DNA from: Thainema sp.
GTDB taxonomy: Bacteria > Cyanobacteriota > Cyanobacteriia > Phormidesmidales > Phormidesmidaceae
Reading direction: 5' to 3'
NCBI GenBank assembly: GCA_052168235.1
Contig: JBQLZK010000011.1
Coordinates: 95,010-131,542, forward strand
Length of the DNA stretch: 36,533 nucleotides
Shown: piece after piece, positions 19,147 to 28,301 of the stretch
Numbering within the stretch: position 1 is the stretch's first letter
Layout: the number at the start of each line of letters is the position of its first letter
Notes under the pieces: generated by a model
Database searches by the model: none
Seen by the model: the letters and a program-made list of their open reading frames with translations, nothing else
Told to the model about the DNA's origin: nothing
Program-made: the position numbers and the translations under genes

Positions 19147-20208
19147 CTACAGCATTGGATTTCCTGAAGAACCGAGATCTTCAGATTTGCTAGCAGTTTG
19201 AGTCAATGCTGTTTCCGGTTTGGGATGCCCCAACAAGCCCTTCAGATGGAGGACTTCTAATAAGTGTTCCCGCTGATTCACCAAATAAATACTCACCAGC
19301 GTTAAACAAACACCAATCCACTGAATTGAACTGAGCTGCTCTGCTAAAAATAAGTTGCCAAATAGTAATGCAAAAACGGGTGTCAAAAATGTCAATGAGC
19401 TAAAACTGGTCAAGTTACCCGATGAGGCAATCCAAAAGAAAACCGCATAAGCTAAGGCGCTGCCCAATACCGTAGAGTAGGCAAGAGCCAGCCAGTCTGC
19501 CCCCGTCAAGGCTGACCACTGATTGGACTCGTGGAGTCCAGACAACACAAACAAGGGAATGCCACCGAAAATCATGTGCCAGCCTGTTGCAACCACCGGA
19601 TCAACATAGCGACTGACAAAGCGCACCATTACAGTCCCCAGCGCCATCGACAGCGCCGCCAGCAGCATGAGCCACTCGCCCTGATTAAACAAAGACTCCA
19701 GTAAAGACAGCTCAAATTGAATATTCAGATGCGCCAGGTTGCCATGCAGTGCCTGCACAATCCAGTCGTCCGGCAATCCTAAAAAGCTGATGCCAATTAC
19801 ACCGATGCCCAGTCCCAACCAGCCCCACAGACCAATCATCTCGGCAAACAAGAATCGTGCCATAATCGCAACGGCCAGCGGTTGGGAATCGATCATGACG
19901 GAACCCAAGCCCGCTCCAGTTCGCACCAGACCTTCAGCCAAAAATCCTTGAAATAAGGCTCCATCCACCAGCGCAAACAGCAAAATCCACAACCATGCCT
20001 GCCAGCCTTTGGGCTGTGACCGTCCCAGCAGCGCAGCCACGAGGAGAACCAAGACTCCGGCTGGCAGCAGGCGTATCCCAGCCATAAAAAACGGCGTGGT
20101 GTGGGGAATAGCCCCTTTCATGGCCACCATTGCCGTTCCCCAGAGGAAAAAGGGTGAAATTAGCACCAGTGACTTGGTCAACGTGGATTCTGTGAGCTTG
20201 GTTTGCAT
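19147..20208 (-). CDS. DMT/EamA-family transporter
   Basis: PFFLWGTAMVAMK, GAGLGSVMIDSQPLAVA, LTFLTPVFALLFG; about 10 TM helices. Confidence 0.93.
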   Translation of the reverse strand: MQTKLTESTLTKSLVLISPFFLWGTAMVAMKGAIPHTTPFFMAGIRLLPAGVLVLLVAALLGRSQPKGWQAWLWILLFALVDGALFQGFLAEGLVRTGAGLGSVMIDSQPLAVAIMARFLFAEMIGLWGWLGLGIGVIGISFLGLPDDWIVQALHGNLAHLNIQFELSLLESLFNQGEWLMLLAALSMALGTVMVRFVSRYVDPVVATGWHMIFGGIPLFVLSGLHESNQWSALTGADWLALAYSTVLGSALAYAVFFWIASSGNLTSFSSLTFLTPVFALLFGNLFLAEQLSSIQWIGVCLTLVSIYLVNQREHLLEVLHLKGLLGHPKPETALTQTASKSEDLGSSGNPML

Positions 20209-20317
20209 GAACGGCCTCTAAACAATCCTAATCGGAGTCCGACTGTATACTTATGTTAAGGGATGACTAATATTTTGCCCCAGCAATTTGTCTGATTAAG
20301 CTGTAATAGAAGAAGAA

Positions 20318-20391
20318 GCGTTGCTTAATCTAAGTATGAAATGAGATGTGGGGGCGGTGCCCCCACATCTCATACTTAAAATCAGCAATCC
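20318..20391. repeat. Second copy of the GCGTTGC...AAATCAGCAATCC palindromic element
   Basis: Inner stem ATGAGATGTGGGGGC-GGT-GCCCCCACATCTCAT; aligns with 8648-8720. Confidence 0.75.
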
Positions 20392-20499
20392 CGAAGAAAA
20401 AGCCTCATAACTCTAAACTGGAGGGATTCTCCTTCGGGCTGATCCCTCGGTTTGGCACATTTGATTGACTAGTCCAATTGTTTCAGTTCTGAATAACCC

Positions 20500-21321
20500 A
20501 TGATTTGGCCGTTTAAGCCACCGTATCGTAAACAGATCGCCCGCATCGAAATCTCAGGTGCGATCGCAGGTAATACTCGTAAGCAGGTTTTAGAAGCGTT
20601 TGAGGATATTGAAGACAAAGGCTTTCCTGCTCTACTTCTCCGCATTGATAGTCCGGGAGGAACCGTTGGTGATTCCCAAGAAATTTTTAGTGCTCTCAGG
20701 CGTCTCAGCGAAACCGTCAAAGTCGTCGCTAGTTTTGGCAATATTTCCGCCTCGGGCGGGGTTTATATTGGCATGGGTGCGCCGCACATCATGGCTAACC
20801 CTGGAACCATCACAGGCAGCATTGGCGTCATTTTGCGTGGCAACAATCTAGAGCGCCTTCTCGACAAAGTTGGCGTCTCGTTTAAAGTGATCAAATCCGG
20901 CCCTTATAAAGACATTCTGGCCTTTGACCGTGAACTCACTGAAGCGGAACAGCTCATCCTGCAAGAGATGATCGACGTTAGCTACAACCAGTTCGTTACC
21001 ACCGTGGCCGAATCGCGGGGCTTGACCGTCGAGAAGGTGCGTGAGTTTGCCGATGGCCGCATCTTTACTGGAGAACAGGCTGTGACGCTCGGCGTGGTTG
21101 ATCGGCTGGGGACTGAGGAAGATGCCCGCCGCTGGGCGGCAGAACTCGCTGGACTCGACCCCGAAAAAGCGGAAATTCACACGATTGAGCAAAAGAAATC
21201 GGGCTGGCGGCGGTTCGTACCCGGTAGCCGACTGCAGTCTGCCCGTCTGGCGACGGCAATGGACTGGCTCGATTTTGAACTCTCAACTAATGGGTTGCCA
21301 CTCTGGCTATATCGTCCATAA
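20500..21321 (+). CDS. sppA: Signal peptide peptidase SppA (short form)
   Basis: LRIDSPGG, SASGGVYI, TITGSIGVI, KSGPYKD, ADGRIFTGEQA. Confidence 0.95.
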   Translation: MIWPFKPPYRKQIARIEISGAIAGNTRKQVLEAFEDIEDKGFPALLLRIDSPGGTVGDSQEIFSALRRLSETVKVVASFGNISASGGVYIGMGAPHIMANPGTITGSIGVILRGNNLERLLDKVGVSFKVIKSGPYKDILAFDRELTEAEQLILQEMIDVSYNQFVTTVAESRGLTVEKVREFADGRIFTGEQAVTLGVVDRLGTEEDARRWAAELAGLDPEKAEIHTIEQKKSGWRRFVPGSRLQSARLATAMDWLDFELSTNGLPLWLYRP

Positions 21322-21426
21322 ATATTACCGTTTGAGGACGCCCCATCCTTAGATTTAGTGCTGTGTCAAAACCCACCAGAACAACGTTGACAAACCACTA
21401 GTCTTGAACCTAAGACGCATAACAAA

Positions 21427-21473
21427 AACGAGAGGGAGATGGTGCTGCAGTGTAGCACCATCTCCCTCTCGTT
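21427..21473. repeat. 20-bp perfect inverted repeat (REP-like, possible terminator)
   Basis: AACGAGAGGGAGATGGTGCT...AGCACCATCTCCCTCTCGTT. Confidence 0.75.
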
Positions 21474-21610
21474 CATCTCAGTTCTGACGGTGGATTAACC
21501 CTGTTGGGGTAATTTTGAGATGATGAGCTGATGGTTTTGCGGATTTTCGGAGTGACAGAATGTTTCTTGAGGGGACTCACCTGATGCCGACGCATTAGCC
21601 AAAACTCACC

Positions 21611-22717
21611 ATGACTTTTTCTGCGATCGCACAAATGAATCATGTGCCTCACGATCGTCCGCCATTTCTGTCTACTTCGTTACGGCATCCTCCAGGCCGC
21701 GACGACAGAGATCCGGCAGCTCATTCTCACTCAGCGCTCAACCCATCCTGGCGCTGTACGCATACCATTGCGGCTCATCACGCCTGGGTGCGCTGCGTTG
21801 CGATTAGCCCAGATAGCCAGTGGATAGCGAGCGCTAGTGGCGATCGCACTATCAAAATTTGGTCTGCGAAGACAGGCGAACTGATTCGCACGCTGCGGTG
21901 GCATGCGGGTTGGGTACGGGGTGTTGCGTTTAGTCCAGATGGCCGAACTGTCGCAAGTGTGAGTAGCGATCGCACGTTACGCCTGTGGGATACGCGCACC
22001 GGGGAACTACGGCGAACCTGGCAAGCCCATGCCGCTTGGGTCGGAACGGTTGCCTTCAGTCCTGATGGTCAACTGATTGCCACAGGTAGCCAAGACTGCC
22101 TGATTAAAATTTGGTCTGTTCAGTCCCCGTCCACAGAACCTGCACAGGTGCTGTCTGGGCATACACATTGGATTCGCACCCTAACGTTTAGTGTCGATGG
22201 TCGCTATTTAGCCTCTGGCAGTCGCGATCGCACAGTTCGCATCTGGCAAGTCACGACGGGAGCCTCTAGCCAACCCATTGAGGCGCATAACGGCGAAGTG
22301 TGGTCTGTTGCTTTTGATCCGCACCACTGCGATCGCATTGCTAGCAGCGGTGCAGATGGTGTTGCCAAACTCTGGAAGTGGACGATCGGTGATCAACTGG
22401 GTGCGTTTACTCCGCCAGCAACCGCGCGATCTGCGGATGACAGCCAGTCTCAGTCTTCAACCAACCGTCCAACGGACGATTCTGCTCAACCTTCAACTCG
22501 TGCTTTGACAACGCTGGCTTTTCATCCAAGCCAGCCCGTTCTGGCTACGGCTGGACAAGACAAAACCATTTGCCTCTGGCACTCCACCACTGGCAAACTG
22601 CTGGCTGCTTTGGATGAACACCGCAGTTGGATCTGGTCGGTCGATTTTAGCTGCAATGGTCAGTTGCTGGTCAGTGGCGATTGGGAGGGACTAGTCAAAA
22701 TCTGGCAATTAAGCTAA
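21611..22717 (+). CDS. WD40 repeat protein (7 repeats)
   Basis: Repeats of H..WV..VAFSPDG..IAS.S.D.TI.IW. Confidence 0.92.
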   Translation: MTFSAIAQMNHVPHDRPPFLSTSLRHPPGRDDRDPAAHSHSALNPSWRCTHTIAAHHAWVRCVAISPDSQWIASASGDRTIKIWSAKTGELIRTLRWHAGWVRGVAFSPDGRTVASVSSDRTLRLWDTRTGELRRTWQAHAAWVGTVAFSPDGQLIATGSQDCLIKIWSVQSPSTEPAQVLSGHTHWIRTLTFSVDGRYLASGSRDRTVRIWQVTTGASSQPIEAHNGEVWSVAFDPHHCDRIASSGADGVAKLWKWTIGDQLGAFTPPATARSADDSQSQSSTNRPTDDSAQPSTRALTTLAFHPSQPVLATAGQDKTICLWHSTTGKLLAALDEHRSWIWSVDFSCNGQLLVSGDWEGLVKIWQLS

Positions 22718-22726
22718 TCGTCTGAA

Positions 22727-22984
22727 TTAATCGTCTGCTGCTTGATTGGCTCGCTTTTCGTCTTCCATTGCCTGAATAGCCAACAGTAACTCTTCTTCCT
22801 GCTCCTCGAATTCCTCCTCTTCAATCTCGCCCATATCGAAGGCTAGCTGTAGAGCGAGTAAACGCTTTTGCAGGTTTTCGGTATCGTCGCGTTCAACTTC
22901 GGCCTGTTCTAAAATCTTGTCGCCAACCCAGGTGACACCATAGATCGGCCCTAAAATTGGCAGTGTGAGCAGGCGTAAAACCAT
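22727..22984 (-). CDS. gvpG: Gas vesicle protein GvpG
   Basis: LLTLPILGPIYGV.WVG.KI.EQA...NLQKRLLALQLAFDMGEI.EEEFE.QEEELL. Confidence 0.88.
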   Translation of the reverse strand: MVLRLLTLPILGPIYGVTWVGDKILEQAEVERDDTENLQKRLLALQLAFDMGEIEEEEFEEQEEELLLAIQAMEDEKRANQAADD

Positions 22985-23118
22985 ATGTTGATCCTCATCT
23001 GTCTCCTTCAGTGTAGAAGTTCATTCAGAACTCCTGTGGGTTCTGATCACAGAGATATACAAAGCTTGTTTGAGCTCTAGCTAACATCTGACAATGTTTT
23101 TCTTGGTAGTGGTATTCA

Positions 23119-23171
23119 GGTAATGATTTTTGGGTGCGTGGGCACCGCCCACACACCCAAAAATCATTACC
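23119..23171 (-). terminator. Long hairpin downstream of alaS (REP-like, probable terminator)
   Basis: 25-bp stem whose single mismatch becomes G-U on the - strand. Loop core GGGCGGTGCCC is shared with the 20318 element. Confidence 0.65.
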
Positions 23172-23197
23172 TTTTGAGGACTATCTGTTGGTTTGGG

Positions 23198-25840
23198 TTA
23201 AGCCAGCTCTGTCGCTAACTGCTCCCGTGCAGCCTCTAGAGCGGCAGGAAGCTGATCGGGATTGCGCCCCCCCGCTTGGGCCAGGTTGGGACGACCACCA
23301 CCACCACCGCCGCACAGCTTGGCGATACCGCCAATGAACTTACCTGCCTGCAAGCCCTTCTTATTCACTGCCGGACTGAATGCGGCTACCAGGCTCACCT
23401 TACCTGCCTCTGGAATTGAACCCAGGACAACAGCACTATCGCCCAGCTTTTGCGAGAGCCGCTCGGCTGCCGTCTTCAGCGCATCGGCATCGGCATCTAG
23501 TTGAGCGACCAAAACGTTAAATCCGCCGATATTTTCAGCCTTGGCCAAGAGCTGATCCGATTGTGCGATCGCAAGTTCTGATTTGGCGGCATCGAACTGT
23601 TTCTGCGTCGCCTTCAGCTCGTTTTGCAATGCCGTCACGCGAGTTGGGATCTCCTCTGGCTTGACCTTGAAGCGGTCGCTCAGATCGCGCACCACGTCGT
23701 CGCGCACTTTGAGGTAATCCAGCACCGCAGGCCCAGCTACGGCTTCAATCCGGCGAATGCCAGAAGCGACACCCGCCTCGGAGATGATCTTGAACAGACC
23801 AATTTCTGCCGTGTTGGTCACGTGGGTGCCGCCGCACAGCTCCATTGAGACACCGGGGAAGTCAATGACGCGCACTTCTGCGTCATACTTTTCGCCAAAC
23901 ATTGCGATCGCACCTTTGGCTTTGGCTTCCTCCAGCGGCATGACAACAATATCAGCCACGTGACCTTCAGCAATCCAAGTGTTGATTTGGTCTTCAATCT
24001 GCTGCAGCTCGTCAGTAGTGACCGCGCGGGGACAATTGAAGTCAAATCGCAGCCGATCAAAGGCGACCAGCGAACCCGCTTGAGATACGTTGGGATCAAC
24101 AATTTTCTTCAGTGCCGCCTGCAGCAGGTGCGTCGCCGTATGGTTGGCCTGTAGCCGTCGCCGACAGGCCCGGTCAATCTGTGCTGATACCGTATCGCCC
24201 AGATTCAGCGTGCCGCGCTCAATCCGACCGTAGTGGACGAAGATGCCTGACTCTTTCTGGACATCTTCAACCCGCACAACAACGGTGTCACCAGACAGAT
24301 AACCGCGATCGCCAATTTGACCACCGGATTCTGCGTAGAACGGCGTTTGATCCAGGACAACCTGCACCTCATCGCCTGCGCTAGCGGACTCCACCTGCTG
24401 GCCCGCCGCCAGCAGCGCCATGACTTGAGATTGTCCTAAGAAATCCGTATAGCCCAGAAACGCTGTGGCGTGAATATGTTCGGCTAGCTTGTCCAGGCTG
24501 CCCTGAATCGTCAGGTCAATCGTCTCGTGGGCATCCTTCGAGCGCTGCCGCTGCGCCTCCATTTCGGCTTCGAACTCAACCAAGTCAACCGTCAGACCCT
24601 GCTCCTCAGCGATTTCCTGGGTTAGCTCCAGCGGGAAGCCATAGGTGTCATACAGCGTGAAGGCATCAGCACCGGAAATCTGCTGGTCGCCGCGAGCAAT
24701 GATATCGGCCAGCAACTTTTCACCTCGCTCCAGGGTTTCCAGGAAGCGCGACTCTTCCCGCTGCAGTTCGGATTTGATCGCCGATTCGCGATCGCGCACA
24801 GCGGGATAAGCTTCTTCGGAAATTTGAATCGCCGTTTCTACTATTTTGGTAGTGAATTCGCCCTCAATCCCAATCAGCCGCCCGTGACGCACTACCCGCC
24901 GAATCAAACGGCGCAGGATATAACCTCGACCCACGTTCGACGCTGACACGCCATCGGCAATCAGGTGCATCACAGCGCGAACGTGGTCGCCGATTACCTT
25001 CAGCGACACCTTAGTCTTCTCGTCGCTCTTGCTGTATTGAATACCTGCCAGATCTGCCGCCGTGTCGATAATCGGCAGAATCAGGTCGGTTTCGTAGTTA
25101 TTTGGCACCTGCTGTAGGATTTGCGCCATTCGTTCCAGACCCAGACCTGTATCAATATTCTGATTCTTCAGCGGCGTCAGATTGCCCTCAGCATCGCGGT
25201 TGTACTGCATAAAGACGAGGTTGTAATACTCGATAAAACGAGTGTCGTCTTCCAGGTCAATCTTGTCGTCACCCAGTTCGGGATGAAAGTCGTAATACAG
25301 CTCCGAGCATGGCCCGCACGGCCCGGTTGGCCCCGCTGCCCAGAAGTTATCGTCCTTGCCCATGCGCTGGATGCGGTGTTCGGGAATGCCAATCACGTCG
25401 CGCCAGATGGCAAACGCTTCGTCATCTTCTTCATAAACGCTGGGTACAATCCGCTCCGGCGGCAGGTTGAACACGGTGGTAGACAGTTCCCAAGCCCACT
25501 TAATCGCTTGTTCTTTAAAGTAGTCACCAAAGCTAAAGTTGCCCAACATTTCAAAGAAGGTATGGTGTCGCGCGGTGCGGCCCACGTTTTCGATGTCGTT
25601 GGTGCGGATACATTTCTGTGAGGTGGTGGCGCGATCGCACTCGGCCTCGCGCTGTCCCAAAAAGATTGGCTTGAAGGGCAGCATTCCCGCAATCGTCAGC
25701 AGAACGGTGGGGTCTTCTGGAATCAGCGAGGCACTCGGCAAAATTTGGTGTCCCTTCGCTGCATAGAAGTCTAGAAACTGCTGGCGGATTTGAGCGCCAC
25801 TGAGCTTTTTAAGTTTCTGAGCAGAAGGGGAAGTAGCCAT
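23198..25840 (-). CDS. alaS: Alanine--tRNA ligase
   Basis: [50 protein letters not shown]. Confidence 0.99.
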   Translation of the reverse strand: MATSPSAQKLKKLSGAQIRQQFLDFYAAKGHQILPSASLIPEDPTVLLTIAGMLPFKPIFLGQREAECDRATTSQKCIRTNDIENVGRTARHHTFFEMLGNFSFGDYFKEQAIKWAWELSTTVFNLPPERIVPSVYEEDDEAFAIWRDVIGIPEHRIQRMGKDDNFWAAGPTGPCGPCSELYYDFHPELGDDKIDLEDDTRFIEYYNLVFMQYNRDAEGNLTPLKNQNIDTGLGLERMAQILQQVPNNYETDLILPIIDTAADLAGIQYSKSDEKTKVSLKVIGDHVRAVMHLIADGVSASNVGRGYILRRLIRRVVRHGRLIGIEGEFTTKIVETAIQISEEAYPAVRDRESAIKSELQREESRFLETLERGEKLLADIIARGDQQISGADAFTLYDTYGFPLELTQEIAEEQGLTVDLVEFEAEMEAQRQRSKDAHETIDLTIQGSLDKLAEHIHATAFLGYTDFLGQSQVMALLAAGQQVESASAGDEVQVVLDQTPFYAESGGQIGDRGYLSGDTVVVRVEDVQKESGIFVHYGRIERGTLNLGDTVSAQIDRACRRRLQANHTATHLLQAALKKIVDPNVSQAGSLVAFDRLRFDFNCPRAVTTDELQQIEDQINTWIAEGHVADIVVMPLEEAKAKGAIAMFGEKYDAEVRVIDFPGVSMELCGGTHVTNTAEIGLFKIISEAGVASGIRRIEAVAGPAVLDYLKVRDDVVRDLSDRFKVKPEEIPTRVTALQNELKATQKQFDAAKSELAIAQSDQLLAKAENIGGFNVLVAQLDADADALKTAAERLSQKLGDSAVVLGSIPEAGKVSLVAAFSPAVNKKGLQAGKFIGGIAKLCGGGGGGRPNLAQAGGRNPDQLPAALEAAREQLATELA

Positions 25841-26050
25841 GACAGGGTTTCGCGAAAGATAATTACAAGAATTTACAACTCTAGAGTTCTATTGTGACTG
25901 ATGGTGCGGGTTTTCAACAAAAAGATGGATAGATTTGCTCCATGCCAGCCACGGTTTATCCCAAAAGTTAGTGCGATCGCACTTTGTTCGCGCAATGCGA
26001 TCGCGTTTTAATCTGGGTGTAGTTCTTTGTAGCGGATGGAGAACGCTGTT

Positions 26051-26422
26051 ATGGCCAAAATGAATCGGGATGCGAAGCGGGAAGAGCGAATCACGATGGA
26101 GATTGTGGTGGATGCCTATGGCCCAGAGGAGCAGGCGATGGGCTGGTATTACTATTTACAGGATACGATGCAGTGTCCGTTTACGGCGGTTTGTGTGGGT
26201 AAGCGACGCATTTCTCCTTTGAAGGAGGGTGAAACGGTTGAAGTGGTGGGCATGGCACCGGAGGAGGAGTGTGAGCGAAAAATGTTTGTCGAGATTACGT
26301 GGGAAGGTGATGTCTTGGCGGTGCCGCTGATTCAGCTAGAGGCGACCGAGGCAGATGAGGAGACGCAACAAGCGATCGCAGATTGGCATTACTGGGTCGA
26401 TCAGGGCTATGAGTTTGGATAA
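26051..26422 (+). CDS. CcbP-family calcium-binding protein
   Basis: REERITMEIVVDAYGPEEQAMGWYYYLQD...FTA...LAVPL.QLE...TQQAIADWHYWV. Alternative start at 26036. Confidence 0.8.
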   Translation: MAKMNRDAKREERITMEIVVDAYGPEEQAMGWYYYLQDTMQCPFTAVCVGKRRISPLKEGETVEVVGMAPEEECERKMFVEITWEGDVLAVPLIQLEATEADEETQQAIADWHYWVDQGYEFG

Positions 26423-26483
26423 TGCGATAGTGGATAAAGCGACGGTGGATTGCGATCGCAACTTGGAATAAATCGTTTACGGC

Positions 26484-26560
26484 TTTTGTCTCGATTTGAG
26501 ACTACAGTAAACTACATTAAGTCTATTTTTAATACTTGCAAGACTTGACATGAGACAAAA
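26484..26560. repeat. Phased GWC-box element E1
   Basis: GWC cores at 26488, 26500, 26521, 26542, 26554 (spacing 12-21-21-12). Terminal inverted repeat TTTTGTCTC/GAGACAAAA. Confidence 0.85.
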
Positions 26561-26570
26561 TTACGGTTGC

Positions 26571-26598
26571 GTAGGGGCGAATGGCCATTCGCCCCTAC
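26571..26598. repeat. GTAG-type REP (28-bp perfect palindrome)
   Basis: GTAGGGGCGAATGGCCATTCGCCCCTAC. Confidence 0.85.
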
Positions 26599-26769
26599 AG
26601 GATGTTATTCATCTTCGAGATAAACGCGAGCCATTTCTAATGGAATGCCAACGGGAACAGTGATCAGGTTTTGTTGGGTTACGCTAAAGCTAATAAAATC
26701 TGCGAAAGACTATAGCCAAATGTGCATTTATACTAGCTTGCAATTTATTCATTAATCCGGAATATACGT

Positions 26770-27333
26770 ATGAACTACAGTGATGAAGACGACACTCAAT
26801 ATGACCACGAAAAGCTTGATGAAGTAGCTTTGGCGTTAATCTATCTAAATATTCTAGAAACAGGAAACGCATGGAAGGGCGTTCCTCGGTCTGCTACGGA
26901 TCGACTCCACGATAAGGGGTATCTATTTCATCCTGGTAGTAAAGAAAAGTCATTTACATTGACAGATAAGGGCAGAGTTAGAGCAAAGGAGCTATTTCTC
27001 AAGCATTTTACAGATGCGAAAATTAGCCTGACTAATTTCTCTAAAGCTGTAGTTTTTGAACAAAATAATGAAAAAGATTATGTCTTGAATACTTCTCTAT
27101 ATGAGCTAGAACGAGCTTTTGAGAATACAAATTGGAAGACCAAATACTTTTTGAATTTAGAAACAGGTGAGATTGAGGCATCTTTTCCGTCTGCTTTGGT
27201 TGGAGGAATCTGGCTGACGATTCCAGGTTATACATCAGGTAAACAAAGTCGCAGTGAGGAAGAAGCACAAGAAATATTGACTTGGCTGAAGGTAAATCGG
27301 ATTACGCTAGTTGATGAAGATAATCTTGAGTAA
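26770..27333 (+). CDS. DUF6429-like N-terminal domain fused to UPF0158-like C-terminal domain
   Basis: DEVALALIYL...AWKG...DRLHDKGYL..P.SK.KS..LTDKG...AKELF; then LYELERAFE...YFLNLETGEI. AT-rich. Confidence 0.65.
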   Translation: MNYSDEDDTQYDHEKLDEVALALIYLNILETGNAWKGVPRSATDRLHDKGYLFHPGSKEKSFTLTDKGRVRAKELFLKHFTDAKISLTNFSKAVVFEQNNEKDYVLNTSLYELERAFENTNWKTKYFLNLETGEIEASFPSALVGGIWLTIPGYTSGKQSRSEEEAQEILTWLKVNRITLVDEDNLE

Positions 27334-27355
27334 CGGCGCGTTTCCAAGTTAGGGA

Positions 27356-28009
27356 GTGATGGCGATGGTTGTGATTCAGCTTGGACAACTGGATGTTCCA
27401 CCGGGACAGCGCTTGCTGTTGCGAGATGTGAACTGGGCTGAGTTTGAAGCGATTTTGGTCGAACTAGGCAATCATCGCGGCACTCGGATCGCTTATGACA
27501 GGGGTGTGTTAGAAATCATGGCTCCCTTACCTGAACACGAATATTTCAAAGAAACAATTAGTGATGCTGTCAAAGATATCTGTGAAGAACTGGATCTAGA
27601 CTATGAAAGCTACGGCTCAACGACTTGGCGAAAGCAAACAGAGCAAGCGGGGCTAGAGCCAGATAACTGCTTTTATTTTCAAAATGAAGCCCGTGTGCGG
27701 GGCAAGCTCACCTTTGATTTAACCCAAGATCCGCCGCCTGATTTGGCACTGGAAATTGATCTCACTAGTCGATCGCTGAATCGGTTACCGATTTATGTGC
27801 GATTAGGAGTGCCAGAAATTTGGTGCTATGACACAGGTGTTTTGAGCATTTATTTGCTGCAAGGTGATCAATACATTCAGGCTGAGCAAAGCCAAGTTTT
27901 TCCATCACTAAAAATTCAAGAATTGCCGGGGTTGATTGTTGAGTATCGGGGGCAAGGTAGGCTGGCGCTGCGGCGAAGAATTCGTGAATGGGTGAAAGAT
28001 CAGCTTTAG
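27356..28009 (+). CDS. Uma2-family (PD-(D/E)XK) endonuclease
   Basis: RIAYDRGVLEIMAPLPEHE, GSTTW, EPDNCFY, PPPDLALEIDLTS, LGVPEIW. Confidence 0.93.
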   Translation: MMAMVVIQLGQLDVPPGQRLLLRDVNWAEFEAILVELGNHRGTRIAYDRGVLEIMAPLPEHEYFKETISDAVKDICEELDLDYESYGSTTWRKQTEQAGLEPDNCFYFQNEARVRGKLTFDLTQDPPPDLALEIDLTSRSLNRLPIYVRLGVPEIWCYDTGVLSIYLLQGDQYIQAEQSQVFPSLKIQELPGLIVEYRGQGRLALRRRIREWVKDQL

Positions 28010-28135
28010 ATTGGTTGCGGTTGATTATCGCTGAAGCACTTGACTGATAGGTGTTGTATGTTGCTCGACGGAATAAACTGCGATCGCGCAATGTCTACAT
28101 CGGTACAGTTTTGCTGCTACAGGACTACAACAAAT

Positions 28136-28200
28136 TTTTGTCTCAACTTAAGACTTGAGTAAATTGCAGTGAGTCTATTTTTAATATCTATTGGACTCAA
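28136..28200. repeat. Phased GWC-box element E2
   Basis: Cores at 28140, 28152, 28173, 28194. 47/62 identical without gaps to E1 (26484-26545 vs 28136-28197). Confidence 0.85.
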
Positions 28201-28301
28201 GGCAATAAATCGAACTAAAAGCACTGGTTGGGGATAGGGGAGTGTAACGAATTCTGGAAATTTGCTGGGTTTTGCGGCGGGTTGAAAATTAGGTTTGGAT
28301 A

